From the human T2T-CHM13v2.0 reference genome, Homo sapiens, in NCBI RefSeq assembly GCF_009914755.1, contig NC_060937.1: a stretch of 64,000 bases of DNA. One strand, given 5' to 3'. Positions 49,474 through 62,069 of this stretch are shown one piece after another; the first letter of the stretch is position 1, and each line of letters begins with the position of its first letter. The notes under the pieces were generated by a model. It saw only the letters and a list, made by a program, of their open reading frames with translations. It was not told the DNA's origin and searched no databases. The position numbers were made by a program, and so were the translations under genes.

Positions 49474-51442
49474 GGGTGCCCGGGGCAAGCGCCAGCTCAT
49501 GTCATCACCCTCACTGAGCCCCGGGTATGTTTAACTATTGAGGGCCAGGAAATTGACTTCCTCCTGGACACTGGCACGGCCTTCTCAGTGTTAATCTCCT
49601 GTCCTGGATGACTGTCCTCAAGGTCCCTTACCATCCGAGGAATCCTGGGACAGCCTGTAACCAGGTATTTCTCCCACCTCCTCAGTTGTAATTGGAAGAC
49701 TTTGCTCTTTTCACATGCCTTTCTTGTTGTGCCTGAAAGTCCCACACCTTTATTAGGGAGGGATATATTAGCCAAGGCTGGAGCTATTATCTACATGAAT
49801 ATGAGAAACAAGTTACCCATTTGTTGTCCCCTACTTGAGGAGGGAATCAACCCTGAAGTCTGGGCATTGGAAGGACAATTTGGAAGGGCAAAAAATGCCT
49901 GCCCAGTCCAAATCAGGTTAAAAGATCCCACCACTTTTCCTTATCAAAGGCAATATCCCTTAAGGCCTGAAGCTCATAAAGGATTACAGAATATTGTTAA
50001 ACATTTGAAAGCTCAAGGCTTAGTGAGGAAATGCAGCAGTCCCTGCAACACCCCAATTCTAGGAGTACAAAAACTGAACGGTCAGTGGAGACTAGTGGAA
50101 GATCTTAGACTCATCAATGAGGCAGTAATTCCACTATATCCAGTGGTACCCAACCCCTATACCCTGCTCTCTCAAGTACCAGAGGAAGCAGAATGGTTCA
50201 CGGTTCTGGACCTCAAGGATGTCTTCTTCTATATTTCCCTGCACTCTGATTCCCAGTTCCTCTTTGCCTTTGAGGATCCCACAGACCACACATCCCAACT
50301 TAGGTGGACGGTCTTGCCCAAGGGTTTAGGGATAGCCCTCATCGGTTTGGTCAGGCCCTAGCCCAAGATCTAGGCCACTTCTCAAGTCCAGGCACTCTGG
50401 TCCTTCAATATGTGGATGATTTACTTTTGGCTACCAGTTCAGAAGCCTCGTGCCAGCAGGCTACTCTAGATCTCTTGAACTTTCTAGCTGATCAAGGGTA
50501 CAAGGTGTCTAGGTCGAAGGCCCCAGCTTTGCCTACAGCAGGTTAAATATCTAGGCCTAATCTTAGCCAAAGGGACCAGGGCCCTCATCAAGGAACGAAT
50601 ACAGCCTATACTGGCTTATCCTTGCCCTCAGACATTAAAACAGTTGTGGGGGTTCCTTGGAATTACTGGCTTTGGCCGACTATGGATCCCCGGATACAGC
50701 GAGATAGCCAGGCCACTCTGTACGCTAATCAAGGACACCCAGAGGGCAAATACTCTGGTGGGAATCAGAGGCAGAAACAGCCTTCAAAACCTTAAAGCAG
50801 GCCCTAGTACAAGCTCCAGCTTTAAGCCTTCCCACAGTACAAAGCTTCTCTTTATACGTCACAGAGAGAGCCGGGATAGCTCTTGGAGTCCTTACTCAGA
50901 CTCGTGGGACAACCCCACCACCAGTGGCATACCTAAGTAAGGAAATTGATGTAGTAGCAAAAGGCTGGCCTCACTGTTTAAGTGTAGTTGCAGCAGTGGC
51001 CGTCTTAGTGTCAGAGACTATCAAAATAATACAAGGAAAGGATCTCACTGTCTGGACTACTCATGATGTAAATGGCATACTAGGTGCCAAAGGAAGTTTA
51101 TGGCTATCAGACAGCCACCTACTTAGATACCAGGTGCTCCTCCTTGAAGGACCCATGTTTCAAATACGCACGTGTGTGGCCCTCAACCCTGCCACTTTTC
51201 TCCCAGAGGATGGGGAACCAATTGACCATGACTGCCAACAAATTATAGTCCAGACTTATGCTGCCCGAGATGATCTCGTAGAAGTCCCCTTAACTAATCC
51301 TGACCTTAACCTATATACTGATGGAAGTTCATTTGTGGAGAATGGGATACGAAGGGCAGGTTACGCCATAGTTAGTGATGTAACCATACTTGAAAGCAAG
51401 CCTCTTACCCCAGAGACCAGTGCCCAGTTAGTGGAACTAGTG
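49474..51442 (+). pseudogene. pol: HERV9 pro-pol (protease, RT, partial RNase H), disrupted and 3'-truncated
   Basis: LLDTG (DTG at 49567), LDLKD, frameshifted LPQGF, YVDD at 50409-50420, LYTDGSSF at about 51311; ends in SAQLVELV; no integrase, env or 3' LTR. Confidence 0.93.
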
Positions 51443-51694
51443 CATCACCCTCTCACCCTCCCTCTCCCCACCACCAAAAGTTGAGAAGGGGCAGATATGC
51501 CAGCAACTCTTCTACAAGCTCTAATTTTAATAGTCTGAGCTTTCCTTTCCAGATGTGCATACCCCTCTGCATGTGTGTGGGGGGGAAGCAGGCCATTAAC
51601 TACGCTGCCTCATGGGGAAGTGGGGTATGAGGAACGGGACTAAGATGTTCTGTGAGTAAACAATTGCACTGATCTATGATTCAGAAACCTTTTT

Positions 51695-52233
51695 ATTTTT
51701 AATAAAATTTTCTTTTTAATTGTCAGCAAGGCAAGTTATTTCTATAGAAGGGTGTGCCCTTACAGATGGAGCAATGGTGAGCACACACTCGGACAAGGGA
51801 GGGGAAGGGGTTCTTATCCCTCACGCACATGGCCCCTGCTGCTGTGTTGTTCCCCTGTTGGCTAGGGTTAGACCGCAGAGGCTAAACTAAATCCAATTGG
51901 CTAATTTAAAGAGAATGACGGGGTGAGTGCTTTGGCGGGAGTCAGGGCAGAGCAGGTAGCAGGTGATCAGAGTGAGTTAGGGTGGAGTAGGTAATTGAAA
52001 AAGGTTGCTTTACGAGGAACTTAAGTTTAAAAGTAGAAGGCAACGAATTGAACATATTGACATATTAATTCTTTGAAACGAAATTTAGAACTCATATCTA
52101 ACAACCCCTCCCCTTGTATTTCCTTACAGCTTTCTTTTCAAACTTTTTTTTAATGTGTCTTGGCTTAGTTGTTTTGCTTGATTTTCCAAAAGAAGAAGCT
52201 TCTCTGGATAAGGTGGAGGATAGTTAAGGGAGG
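51695..52233 (-). mobile_element. HERV-I-family (LTR10) 3' fragment: internal tail, PPT, U3-R and poly(A), with TSD
   Basis: LTR start TGTTAGATATGAGTTCTAAATTT at 52103(-); PPT aaggggaggggt at 52104-52115; ATTAAA at 51715-51720(-) followed by an A-rich tail; TSD agaaaccttttt at 51683 and 52234. Confidence 0.8.
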
Positions 52234-53619
52234 AGAAACCTTTTTTTTTTTTTTAATGTCTTGGCAGGATTAACAAATACTCGTATGAAAACATAACAGA
52301 TATGATTTGTAGGTATTTTTCCTTATCTATTGCCTTTTTAACTTTGTATGTGTTTTTTCTTCTTGTATAGAAAGTTTTTATTTGTATGCAGTTTAATTTT
52401 TAAATCTTCTCTTTGTGATTTCAGGAGTGACATACTTAGGCTTTCTGTGCTCTATGAGCAATCAAACTGTTTTCTTTCATGTTTTCATCAAATATTTCAT
52501 CTTTAATGGTGAAATCTTCACTTCATTTGGAATTCATTTTATTTTATTTTCCAATGGCTACCTGATTGTTCCAACAATTATTGAATAATCAGTCTTTTCT
52601 GTAATAATTCGAAGTGCTATCTACATTACATACTGAAATTGCAGATGTATGCAGACCTATTACTTCACTCTTCTTTTTTTAATTTTTCTGCTTATTCATC
52701 TCCTAGCACCACACTGGTTTAGGTATTATAGCTATATATTATAGTACAGTATCTAGTAGAACTATTCCTTTCTCATTACTTTTATTTTTCATATGAAAAA
52801 TTAGCCTATAGATTAGCTTATTGTATTTATATTTAACAGAAGAAAAAGAAATTAAAATGACAGAATCTCTGGACTATTAGATAAATGTTTATAACTTTCC
52901 ACAGATATATTAATTCCTAAAATATGTTCTTTTTTTCCCTTCCAGTGACATGGAACTAAAATATGTTCTTAATAAGAAAAATGGTTATGAAAAACATTTA
53001 TATTTTTGTCATCATTTTCCTTCATATTTCAATCTGAAAGAGTATATTGTTTCTCTTTTACAAAAGTAATGGAAATTGGCATACTTATATTTAATCCCGC
53101 TGTCTTTACTTCCTAACTCTTCATGTTTGCTAGTTTTATTATTAGTTCTATGTGATTGTAGCATTTCCTTTCTTTTCTGTAGGCATGGCTCTCCTGGAGG
53201 TTTCATCTTACTTGTGTATTTTATCACTTTATGGTCACTGTCAGCATCTTACCATAGCTTCATGATTAGTGAGTTCTTTATTTTGATTTGTTTTATATAA
53301 AGTTAGGGGGTTTTTTTTAATCAAGAATTTATTTTTTAGAGATACCTGTGGGTAGTGTATTTGAATTCTTAGATGGATTAAATAAGGTTACCCTTATATT
53401 TGAAATTTTAACTCAGATGCAAACCGTTTGATACCTTCACAATTGTAGGACTTTAAACATCTTTCTGTGGTAGACCTTCAGAATTTTATGAGGGAGTATC
53501 AAAATTTAAGATTATCGATTGTTTTATTCAATTCCTCTATATATCTTTTCTTTTTCCCTTTAAAAATTGAATCTGTTTGATTAAGAAAGAGATAGACGGA
53601 GTTTTTATCATAATTTTAA

Positions 53620-54200
53620 AAACGAACTTTATTTGTTAGAGCAGTTTTGGGTTTATAGAAAATCTAAGTACACAGAATTCCCATATGCCCCTCCCTCATG
53701 CCACACCATTTCTCTACTTAACATCTCATATTAGTTTGGTGCATTTGTTACAACTGATGAGCCGTTATCGATGCATTGTGGGTTTTTTGTTTGTTTGTTT
53801 ATTTTTAGAGAGAGGGGTCTTACTCCACCACCCAGGCTGGAGTGCAGTGGTGAGATCCTAGCTCATTGCAGCCTTGAACTCCTGGGCTCAGGCAATCCTG
53901 CCACCCCAGCCGCCCAGGTAGCTGGGACTACAGGCATGCATCACCACGCCTGGCTAATTTTTGTATTTTTTGTAGAGACGAGGTTTCACCATGTTGCCCA
54001 GGCTAGTCTCTAACTCTTGGGGCCTCTGTCTCCTAAAGTGCTGGGATTATAGCCCCGTGCCAGGGCACCCGGCGATACATTGTTTTTAACTAAAGTCTGT
54101 AGTTTACACTAGGGTTGCTCTTTGTGTTACACATTCTATGAGTTTGGACAAGTGTATCTACCATTATGGTATCATAAGAATAGGTTCATTGCCTCAGAAA
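53620..54200 (-). mobile_element. L1M 3' end with a nested AluJ (53783-54073)
   Basis: Alu TSD gat(g/a)cattgt; L1 3' terminal motifs on both sides. Confidence 0.75.
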
Positions 54201-54221
54201 TCTTTGTATCCAAGACACCTT

Positions 54222-54360
54222 TGCATTTCTTTCCTTCTTTCCTTGTTTGGTTCTTTCTGTCTCTCTTCTTTCCTTTCCTTTTTCCCTTCTTTTCTTTCCC
54301 TTCCTCCTTCCTTCTTTTCCTTTTTCCCTCTGTGTGTCTGTCTCACTTTCTTTTCCTCAT
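54222..54360. repeat. CT-rich low-complexity tract
   Basis: Direct reading. Confidence 0.85.
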
Positions 54361-54824
54361 TGTAATTTTCACACATACAGAAGTACTTCAGAATAGCAAC
54401 AGTAGTAGAGTAGAGCCCTAGGAATCTGCAACCAGCTTCTTATTTACTTCCCAGTGTTGTTTCACGTATGCCTTCTTTTCCTCAGTTGTTCCTCTCTTGG
54501 CTGGAGTATCAGACATTATATAAATTCACATCATACTGAAGTATATGTCTTTAAGTTTTCCCTACATTCCTAATAATGCATATTTTTAAATATTTATATA
54601 CAGTATAATTTGATGTATGTGGGTTTATGACTCTTGTACATGAGTTATGTGGCTATTTTCTTGCCTGAATGTTTATCTTGTTTAAATGTTTAATCTGAAA
54701 TCCTACTTTGACTCATGTCATACTGTATCTCCTCCTGTTTTGTCTGGTCCTTTATTTTAAAGCCTTCTTTATTAGTTGTTTTGTTTTTTTAGTTTAGAAA
54801 AAATTATGTGTGTATGTGTATTTG

Positions 54825-54944
54825 TATAGATGGGGTCTCAACATATTGCCCAGGCTTGTCTAGAACTCTTGGGCTCAAGGGATCCTCCTCTCTTGGCCTC
54901 TGAAAGTGCTGGGATTATAGGAGTAAGCTGCTGGCGCCTAGCCT
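54825..54944 (-). mobile_element. Alu left monomer fragment
   Basis: tagatggggtctc...aaagtgctgggattatagg. Confidence 0.75.
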
Positions 54945-55699
54945 GAAAAAATTTTCTAAGAACCTAATCCAACATTTTCTTTTAGTGTGAAAATTTAATT
55001 CTTCCCATTTTAAATACTTGATTTTATTTATTTTATCTTATATTTAAAAATTTTTTTTCTTGTTTTCCATTTTGTTTTTCCTTTTCTGTTTGTTGCTTGA
55101 AATAATGGTTAATTATCCCTTTTGTTTCCCATTGATAATTTGGAAATCCTATTGTCCTTTAAAATTTTATTTATGTTTATTTTTCTATTCAGACAGACGT
55201 TTTCTCTGTCATTTGTAAAGATGATGTAACTAGTTTCCTTGACTTTCCAACACTGAAGATTTGCTAAGATAATTTAATACTTCTAAGCTATTTTTAGTTT
55301 ATCTCTTCTTTTTTAGCTTTTTTTTAGCTCCCATGTATACAGCCCAGACACATCTTTCATTATTTGCTATATCTTCAGCTTTCTTTTTTGAGATTTCTGC
55401 CCTAGTTCACTTATTTGTGTAGCACATTTTTTCATGAAATTTCTTCAGTAGAATGTGTGGAATATATGCTCTGAAATGTCACATCCTCAACTATGTTTCT
55501 TTAGCCCTGAACGGGGGATACTGTTTTGATTGAATACAGGATTCTTGATTAGGATTGGGTTTCGGTTCTTGTCTTTCAGGAGCATATGAATTTCAGCTGT
55601 GTTCTAGCTTCTAGTATTATGTCTGGTGTCATTCTGATTTCTTTCCCATTGTAGATAATGTAGTCTTGCTGTCTGAAAGTTTGCCCAATTTTTTTTATT

Positions 55700-56004
55700 T
55701 CTCTCTCTCTCTTTTTTTTTCTTGAGACAGGGCCTCATCCTGTCACCCAGGCTGGAGTGCAGTGGCATGAACCTGGTTCACTGCAGCCTTGACCTCCTGT
55801 GCTCAAGCAGTCCTCCTGCCTCGGCCTCCTGAGTAGCTGGGACCATAGGTGCATGCTGCCACGCCTGGCTAATTTTTAAATTTTTTTGTAGAGACGAGAT
55901 CTCACTTTGTTGCCCAGCCTGGTCTCAAACTCCAGGTCTTAAGTGATCCTCCAGCTTGGCCTCCCAAAGTGCTGGGATTACAGGCATGAGCCGTTGTGTC
56001 TGGC
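55700..56004 (-). mobile_element. AluJ
   Basis: Antisense Alu dimer. Confidence 0.88.
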
Positions 56005-56424
56005 TCTAATTTTCTTTTGATCATTGGAATTCAGGGACTTTTTTTTCCAACCAGGATATGCCTTGGTTTGTGTTTGTATACATTAACCCTGCCTTTTAGT
56101 CCATGCCCTTTTTCAGTGTTCAGGTTTAAGTATTGCTTCATTTCAGAGGAAGTTTCTTCTGTTATTTAACTATTTCCTTCCATCAGCAATTTTCTCCTCC
56201 TTGTGGAACTTCTAGTTTTTGCAATTTAGGTCTACTGGATATGTTTCTCTTATGATAACTGTCATTTTATATTTATGCTGTGTCTCTTGACATTATTTCT
56301 TTATTGATCTTCCAGGTTACTAATTCAGGTTGCAACAGTGGTTATCCTCTCCTATAAGTAACTGACTAAATTGTGCAATTGGGAAATCACATTATTTTAG
56401 CTCAGAAATTCTAATTGTGCGTTA

Positions 56425-56915
56425 CAGTTAGCCCTCCTTACCTACTAGTTCTGCATCTGTGGATTCAATTAACTGTGGCTTAAAAATTTAAAAATAAAAT
56501 GAAAATATCAATTCAACAATTAAAAAATACCAATAAAAGCACAATATAGTATAACAACAGTTTACATAGCATTTACATTGTATTACTATAAGTAATCTAG
56601 AGATGATTTAAAGTATACGGAAAGGGCTGGGTGTTGTGGCTCATGCCTGTAATCCCAGCACTTTTGGAGGCTGAGGCAGGAGGACTGTTTGAGCCCAGGA
56701 GATCAGTGCTGTGATGAACCATGATCATGCCACTGCACTGAAGCTGGGATGACAGAGCAAGACCCATTTCTTAAAAAAAAGAAAAGTGTACGGGATGATA
56801 TGCATAGGTTACATGCAAATACCATGTTACTTTATATCGGGGACCTGAGCATCTGTAGAGTTTAGTATTCACAGGGGTCCTGGGACCAATCCCCTGGGGA
56901 GATGGAAGGAGGACT
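56425..56915. mobile_element. MER2 (Tigger) element with a nested monomeric Alu (56626-56785, +)
   Basis: ttctgcatctgtggattcaa and taagtaatctagagatgatttaaagtatac motifs; Alu TSD aaagt(a/g)tacgg. Confidence 0.8.
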
Positions 56916-57809
56916 CAGGGGATGTGTGTGCACATGCACGTATGTGCATTGCTACTTCTTAAGTTTTTAAGTGCCTTTACTGCTTTTTGGGCAAAGTTGT
57001 ATTTTTCTCCTGTCCTTCAGCAGCTCTGTTTCACTTGGTCTGTGTAATCATTATTCTGAATGTTTTTTCTTTCTTGTGCTAGTAATCCCCCTGCTGTGGT
57101 TTTTTGGGGGTTATCAGTACTAAGTTCTGCTTCTTGAAATATTCTAAGTGACAGCAGCCCTTCAGATGGTTGAAGACATGACCATATCTACTCCAGAGGC
57201 CTGGAAGAGCATATGTCTCCTAGCATTCTCATCTCAAGGACAGAATTGAGCTAATTTTTATTGACTACTTGGATTCCTGGGCAAAGAGACCACGGACCCA
57301 TCTGGAGCCTTTATTGACTTTTCCCCTGAGGTCCATGGCTCTTTGCAAGCCAGTCTGTCTCCATGATGTGTTCCTTTCACATTCTTCCCTAGAGTTCTCT
57401 GAAGCTAGTCTCCAGTTTTCGTTCAGCCACAGAGGGAGAAGAGCCTGTTCCCAGTTTTTGGCTCTCATCTTCTCCCTAGATCTTGGTGCTTCCCATGTCC
57501 TCAGCTGCTTAGTAACTCTGGGGGAGATAGACAGCATGGAGTTTGGAGTGGAGAGGTGGGAGCCAGGCTGGTTCCAGGCTGTTTTTGACAGCTTCTCAGA
57601 GCAGGAATAGCTAACCTGGGTTATCTGGATCTCTCATGAGCTTTAGGGAAGTCTGTGAACCCTCTGAAGTCAGATATATAGTTTTTTAGTGAGAAATTCA
57701 GTGAGATTCAAAATTGTAAAATGTTTCAGAACAACTGCAGCTGACTAATGGAGGACTCATTTAATCATTGTTTTTGTTAATTGCAAACATCTACTGTTTT
57801 CACTCAGAG

Positions 57810-58000
57810 CAAGTAAATTCTAGTTCTCTTCCTTCTTAGCTGTGTGACCATAAGCAAGTTCCTTAACTTCTGTATGTTTTGATTTCCTCATTAGTAAAAT
57901 GACATTAATTATAGCATTTGCTGTATAGGATTGTCAGCATTAAATGAGTTTATATAGTTTACAAATTCAAAATAGTACCTGGTTTATACTGAGCACACAT
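57810..58000 (-). mobile_element. MIR
   Basis: tagctgtgtgacc..agcaagttccttaac..tttcctcat..gtaaaatg. Confidence 0.75.
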
Positions 58001-58426
58001 TCTTTCTGCTAACTGTGAGTATCTTATCCATAACATTTGCATGCTGTTTATTATATATTGGTTGACATTTTTACTCTTACTGTTGTCATTATTATTAACA
58101 TTATTGCTATTACTATTGTCATTAATATAAAGCCTGTCTGACATCTGAAAAGATGGCAAGCCACATATTAAATAATAACTTTCTCTCATTCTTTTGTCAG
58201 TTAACTGCAAAATTATTGTTACATGTGAACAAACATATTTGAAATATTAACCACTTTTAAAGAGATCTCCTTTCTGTTATAAGGGTGTTTGTGTAAGAAG
58301 AGTCTGGGAGGAAAAATGGAAACTGAAATCTTCCAAAAATGAAGCTGATAGAGAAAAGTATTTACTACATGGCTTAGGCCTTTGTGTTAAGATTAATATT
58401 AGGACCCTGAATACACCTTTCCAAAT

Positions 58427-58428
<2 letters not shown>

Positions 58429-58471
<43 letters not shown>

Positions 58472-58486
58472 TGTTTGTGTGTGTGT
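58429..58486. repeat. (TG)n microsatellite
   Basis: Direct reading. Confidence 0.95.
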
Positions 58487-59477
58487 AATTAATAATTTCC
58501 AGATGCTAGGTTTTTTTTTAGATTTAAGTGTTTTGGAAAAGCATCCTCTGTATAGTCTACAAAGTCTATAGGAGTTAGAAAATTCCCAAATAGAGAGGAA
58601 TAAAATCTTAATAAGTAAGTAATTAAAACCCCAAACATGGTCAGTCAGCTGTCCATATCTTTGAGAACAGACAGGTAAACTGTCCCACTTTTGTTAGACT
58701 TAGTCAGTTGCTTATGTTGATTGGTACAGTGCAGGAGGAATCTACTTTTACCATGGAAGGAAAGGTACAGTACAATTGTTGAAATTCTATGAAGGCTATA
58801 CACTCTAATCTCATCAGGGGGAATTCTGCATCACAGGGAACCTTTATATTCCAGAAAGATTTTAGAAATTTTTTTGTAACTTGATTTTGCCCTTTGCCAT
58901 TTGTTTAAAAATTAAGAATTATTGCAACCTAAATTCTGGTTTATAACAATTAACTATAATTGAACAAATACCATATTCTAATTTCAGACTAGTTTTGGAT
59001 TAAAAAAAAATTTCTAGACCTGCCAGATGAAAATATTTTGGTCTTTTATGGAATTGGAGTGTTTGATAGAAAGAATGAGGAGAAATTATTGGGAAAAGGA
59101 TTTCTAACTAATTGTAAAATTTCATTCTTGTCAGAAGGGGCATTTTGGATGTGAGCAAATGTTGACCTTTTTGATTGTATTTAAAATGATAGAGGCCAGG
59201 GCTCTCAGGCTGTTTAGAGTGAGCCAGAATTGGGATGTTTTGGCATGTTTTGTTCTGGGAAACTGAGGATAGAAGGTAGGATGTGTTATACCCTCCCTTA
59301 TTATTTACTGAACCTTAGTAGAAAATGAAGGAAAGAAGTTTTTGGTATACAGATATGTATAGATAAGCTTTTCAGGCACTTAGATTTGGGGTTTTGTTTT
59401 AAAGCATATTGTAAATGATATTGCTGTCTGAGTTCTGGACTCTTTTTATCTATGTTTAACTTTTTAAAACTGGTCTT

Positions 59478-59871
59478 TGTATTAGTTTGCTAGGGCTGCC
59501 ATAACAAAGTATCATACACTGGGGTGGCTGAAACAACAAAAATGTGTTTTCTCAAAGTTCTGGAGGCTGGAAGTCCAAAATCCAGGGGCCAACAGGGTCA
59601 GTTTCTTTTGGAGGCCTTTCTCGTTGCTTGTGGGTGGCCATCCACTCCCTGTGTCTTCCTGTGGCCTCTCCTCTGTGCCTTGTGTTGTCTGGGTCCTGAT
59701 CTTCTCTTATGAGGATACCAGTCATGCTGGATTAGGGCCCACTCTGATGATCTCATTTTAACCTGAGCACTTCTTTAAAGACCATGTCTCCAAATACAGT
59801 CACATTCTGAGGTGGTGGGGCTAGGACTTCAACATACGAATTTTGGGGGGTACACAATTCAGCCCATAACG
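59478..59871 (-). mobile_element. MLT1A-type (MaLR) solo LTR
   Basis: tgtattagtttgctagggctgccataacaaa ... acaattcagcccataac. Confidence 0.85.
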
Positions 59872-60451
59872 GTTTCCTTATCATTTCTTCATGTGATTAT
59901 TATTCTTGGGGTCACCAGGGGAACCCTATAATAGAATCTGTTCCGTTTTCGTGGTCACTCTTTTTTTTTTCCATGTATACATAGCATATAAAAATTTTAA
60001 ACAACTTACTAGAATATGACTGGTTCTAAAAATCCTATCTCCCATCCCCCCAAAATGAAGACTTGACACCGGTTAGTCTATTCTAAACATTCTGATTTCA
60101 GCTCCAAAGTGAATTTTTAAGGACAAGTTCCAGAAATGAATTGGCAGTGGTGATATTAAATGCATATTTAGTTTTCCAAGATGAGCTGGAAAACTAAATT
60201 TTTAGTTTTTAGTGCTGTTGGACTATTTAGGAATAGCCAGTACTCACTTTGATGTATAGTTCTGATGTTATTGGCAAAAATAAACAAATCAAAAGCACAA
60301 AACAGGCAACTGACAATGTCATGTCTCTGAAGAGCACATCTGTATATAATCCTACACAGGTATACGCACCTTCATCCATCTATTCTAAGCACGAAGAATG
60401 TATCAGAGAAAAGGGGAGAAAAATTGGTTTCTAAGCCCTGCAGTCCAACTC

Positions 60452-60500
60452 TTTTTTTTGTTTTTTTCTGAGGTAGAGTCTCACTCTGTCACCCAGGCTG
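60452..60500 (-). mobile_element. Severely 5'-truncated Alu (3' end only)
   Basis: poly(T)+gaggtagagtctcactctgtcacccaggctg; short TSD actctt. Confidence 0.7.
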
Positions 60501-61721
60501 TCACTCTTGAATATAACCATTGTTTCCAAGGTGAGTTTATAGGAGTGATGTGTTGGGGCTTATTTCCCAACATGCTTTTCATCCTTGAGTGCTGTGGATC
60601 AAAATCTAATAACCTTAGATCTTTATTTTGAAATCCTGTATTCTCAGGAGGTAGAGCTTCAGAATTTTAGTAGGTACATGCTAGATTCTGTTCCGTGAAC
60701 AGAAAGAGCAGAATCTTTCTGAACAGACAGAGCAGAACCAAAAATAATGGCATTGACCATCCTTTCAGGCTGGAATAGCAACAAACTACAAAGACAGAGG
60801 CCTATTATGCCAAACACTTATGAAACTGAATTTTATGTAATGGGACAGTTTCCTCATATTTCAGTGGGTAATCATACTAAACTACTTTGCTAAGTTGAAT
60901 CCAACAAGTTCTGCTTACAAAAGATAGCTTTCGAAAAAACAAGTCTTTGTAATACCTGTCAGTTTAGACAGGATATATTGAATAAAAATGTCACTTAAAA
61001 TTTTGTTAATTTAAAAGAACATTATTTTGATAACAAAAAATTTCAGCATTCTCTCACCACACCATATCTTGAGAGCAATCTCCTATGCCTTCTCTATTAA
61101 ATGACAGTGATGTATTGAAGAAGTTTGTGCATGTGTGGAAGGATTTTGTAAATTTCAAAGTGCCACACTGATGTTGGTTATACTTAGGTATGGTGGGCCT
61201 TACACTTTTAGGGGCAGTTTCTGCTTTGACTAAGCAACTGGGCCACTACTTACCAGCTGCCAAATAATTAGAGCTGCAGATATAGCACTGTTGAAGGAAT
61301 TTTAATACTTCTCATCAGCCTCCTCCTCATAATGGCCAAGTTAACACACACTGCGTCTTTCTGACTTCTTTTTACATGTTGTGACTTTTCCCCTTTTCCC
61401 TTAAAACTGATTTTCCTCAGTTTTAATTTTCATTTCAAGTCAACTCAGGTATATAATTAAAATTTCCTTGAATCTTGCTCACCTTCAGGATGACTTGCCT
61501 GTTATTCAGTTACTGATCCTGAAAGTTTTAGAAATTATTAGGTAAATATCACAGTAAAATATTTAAAAGTTTAGGTCAGAGGAAACATATCGCACAAACT
61601 ATCTGCTATTGTATAACTATTTTTATTTAACATAGTGGGAGGATTCTGACAAGAATGTTGGTCAAGTCAGATGTCTTTATTTTTAATAATGTTTTATAAT
61701 ATGAAAAACAAGTCTTTCTAG

Positions 61722-62061
<340 letters not shown>

Positions 62062-62069
62062 GTATTTTT

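Noticed and set aside
51480-51483. GTTG as the right-hand TSD of the HERV9 element
   Set aside because: Lies about 37 bp beyond the last ERV-like base with no 3' LTR terminus; a 4-mer match is expected by chance
49702-51484. Functional reverse transcriptase or domesticated pol
   Set aside because: Broken by at least three frameshifts (about 50320, 50522, 50757) and truncated in RNase H
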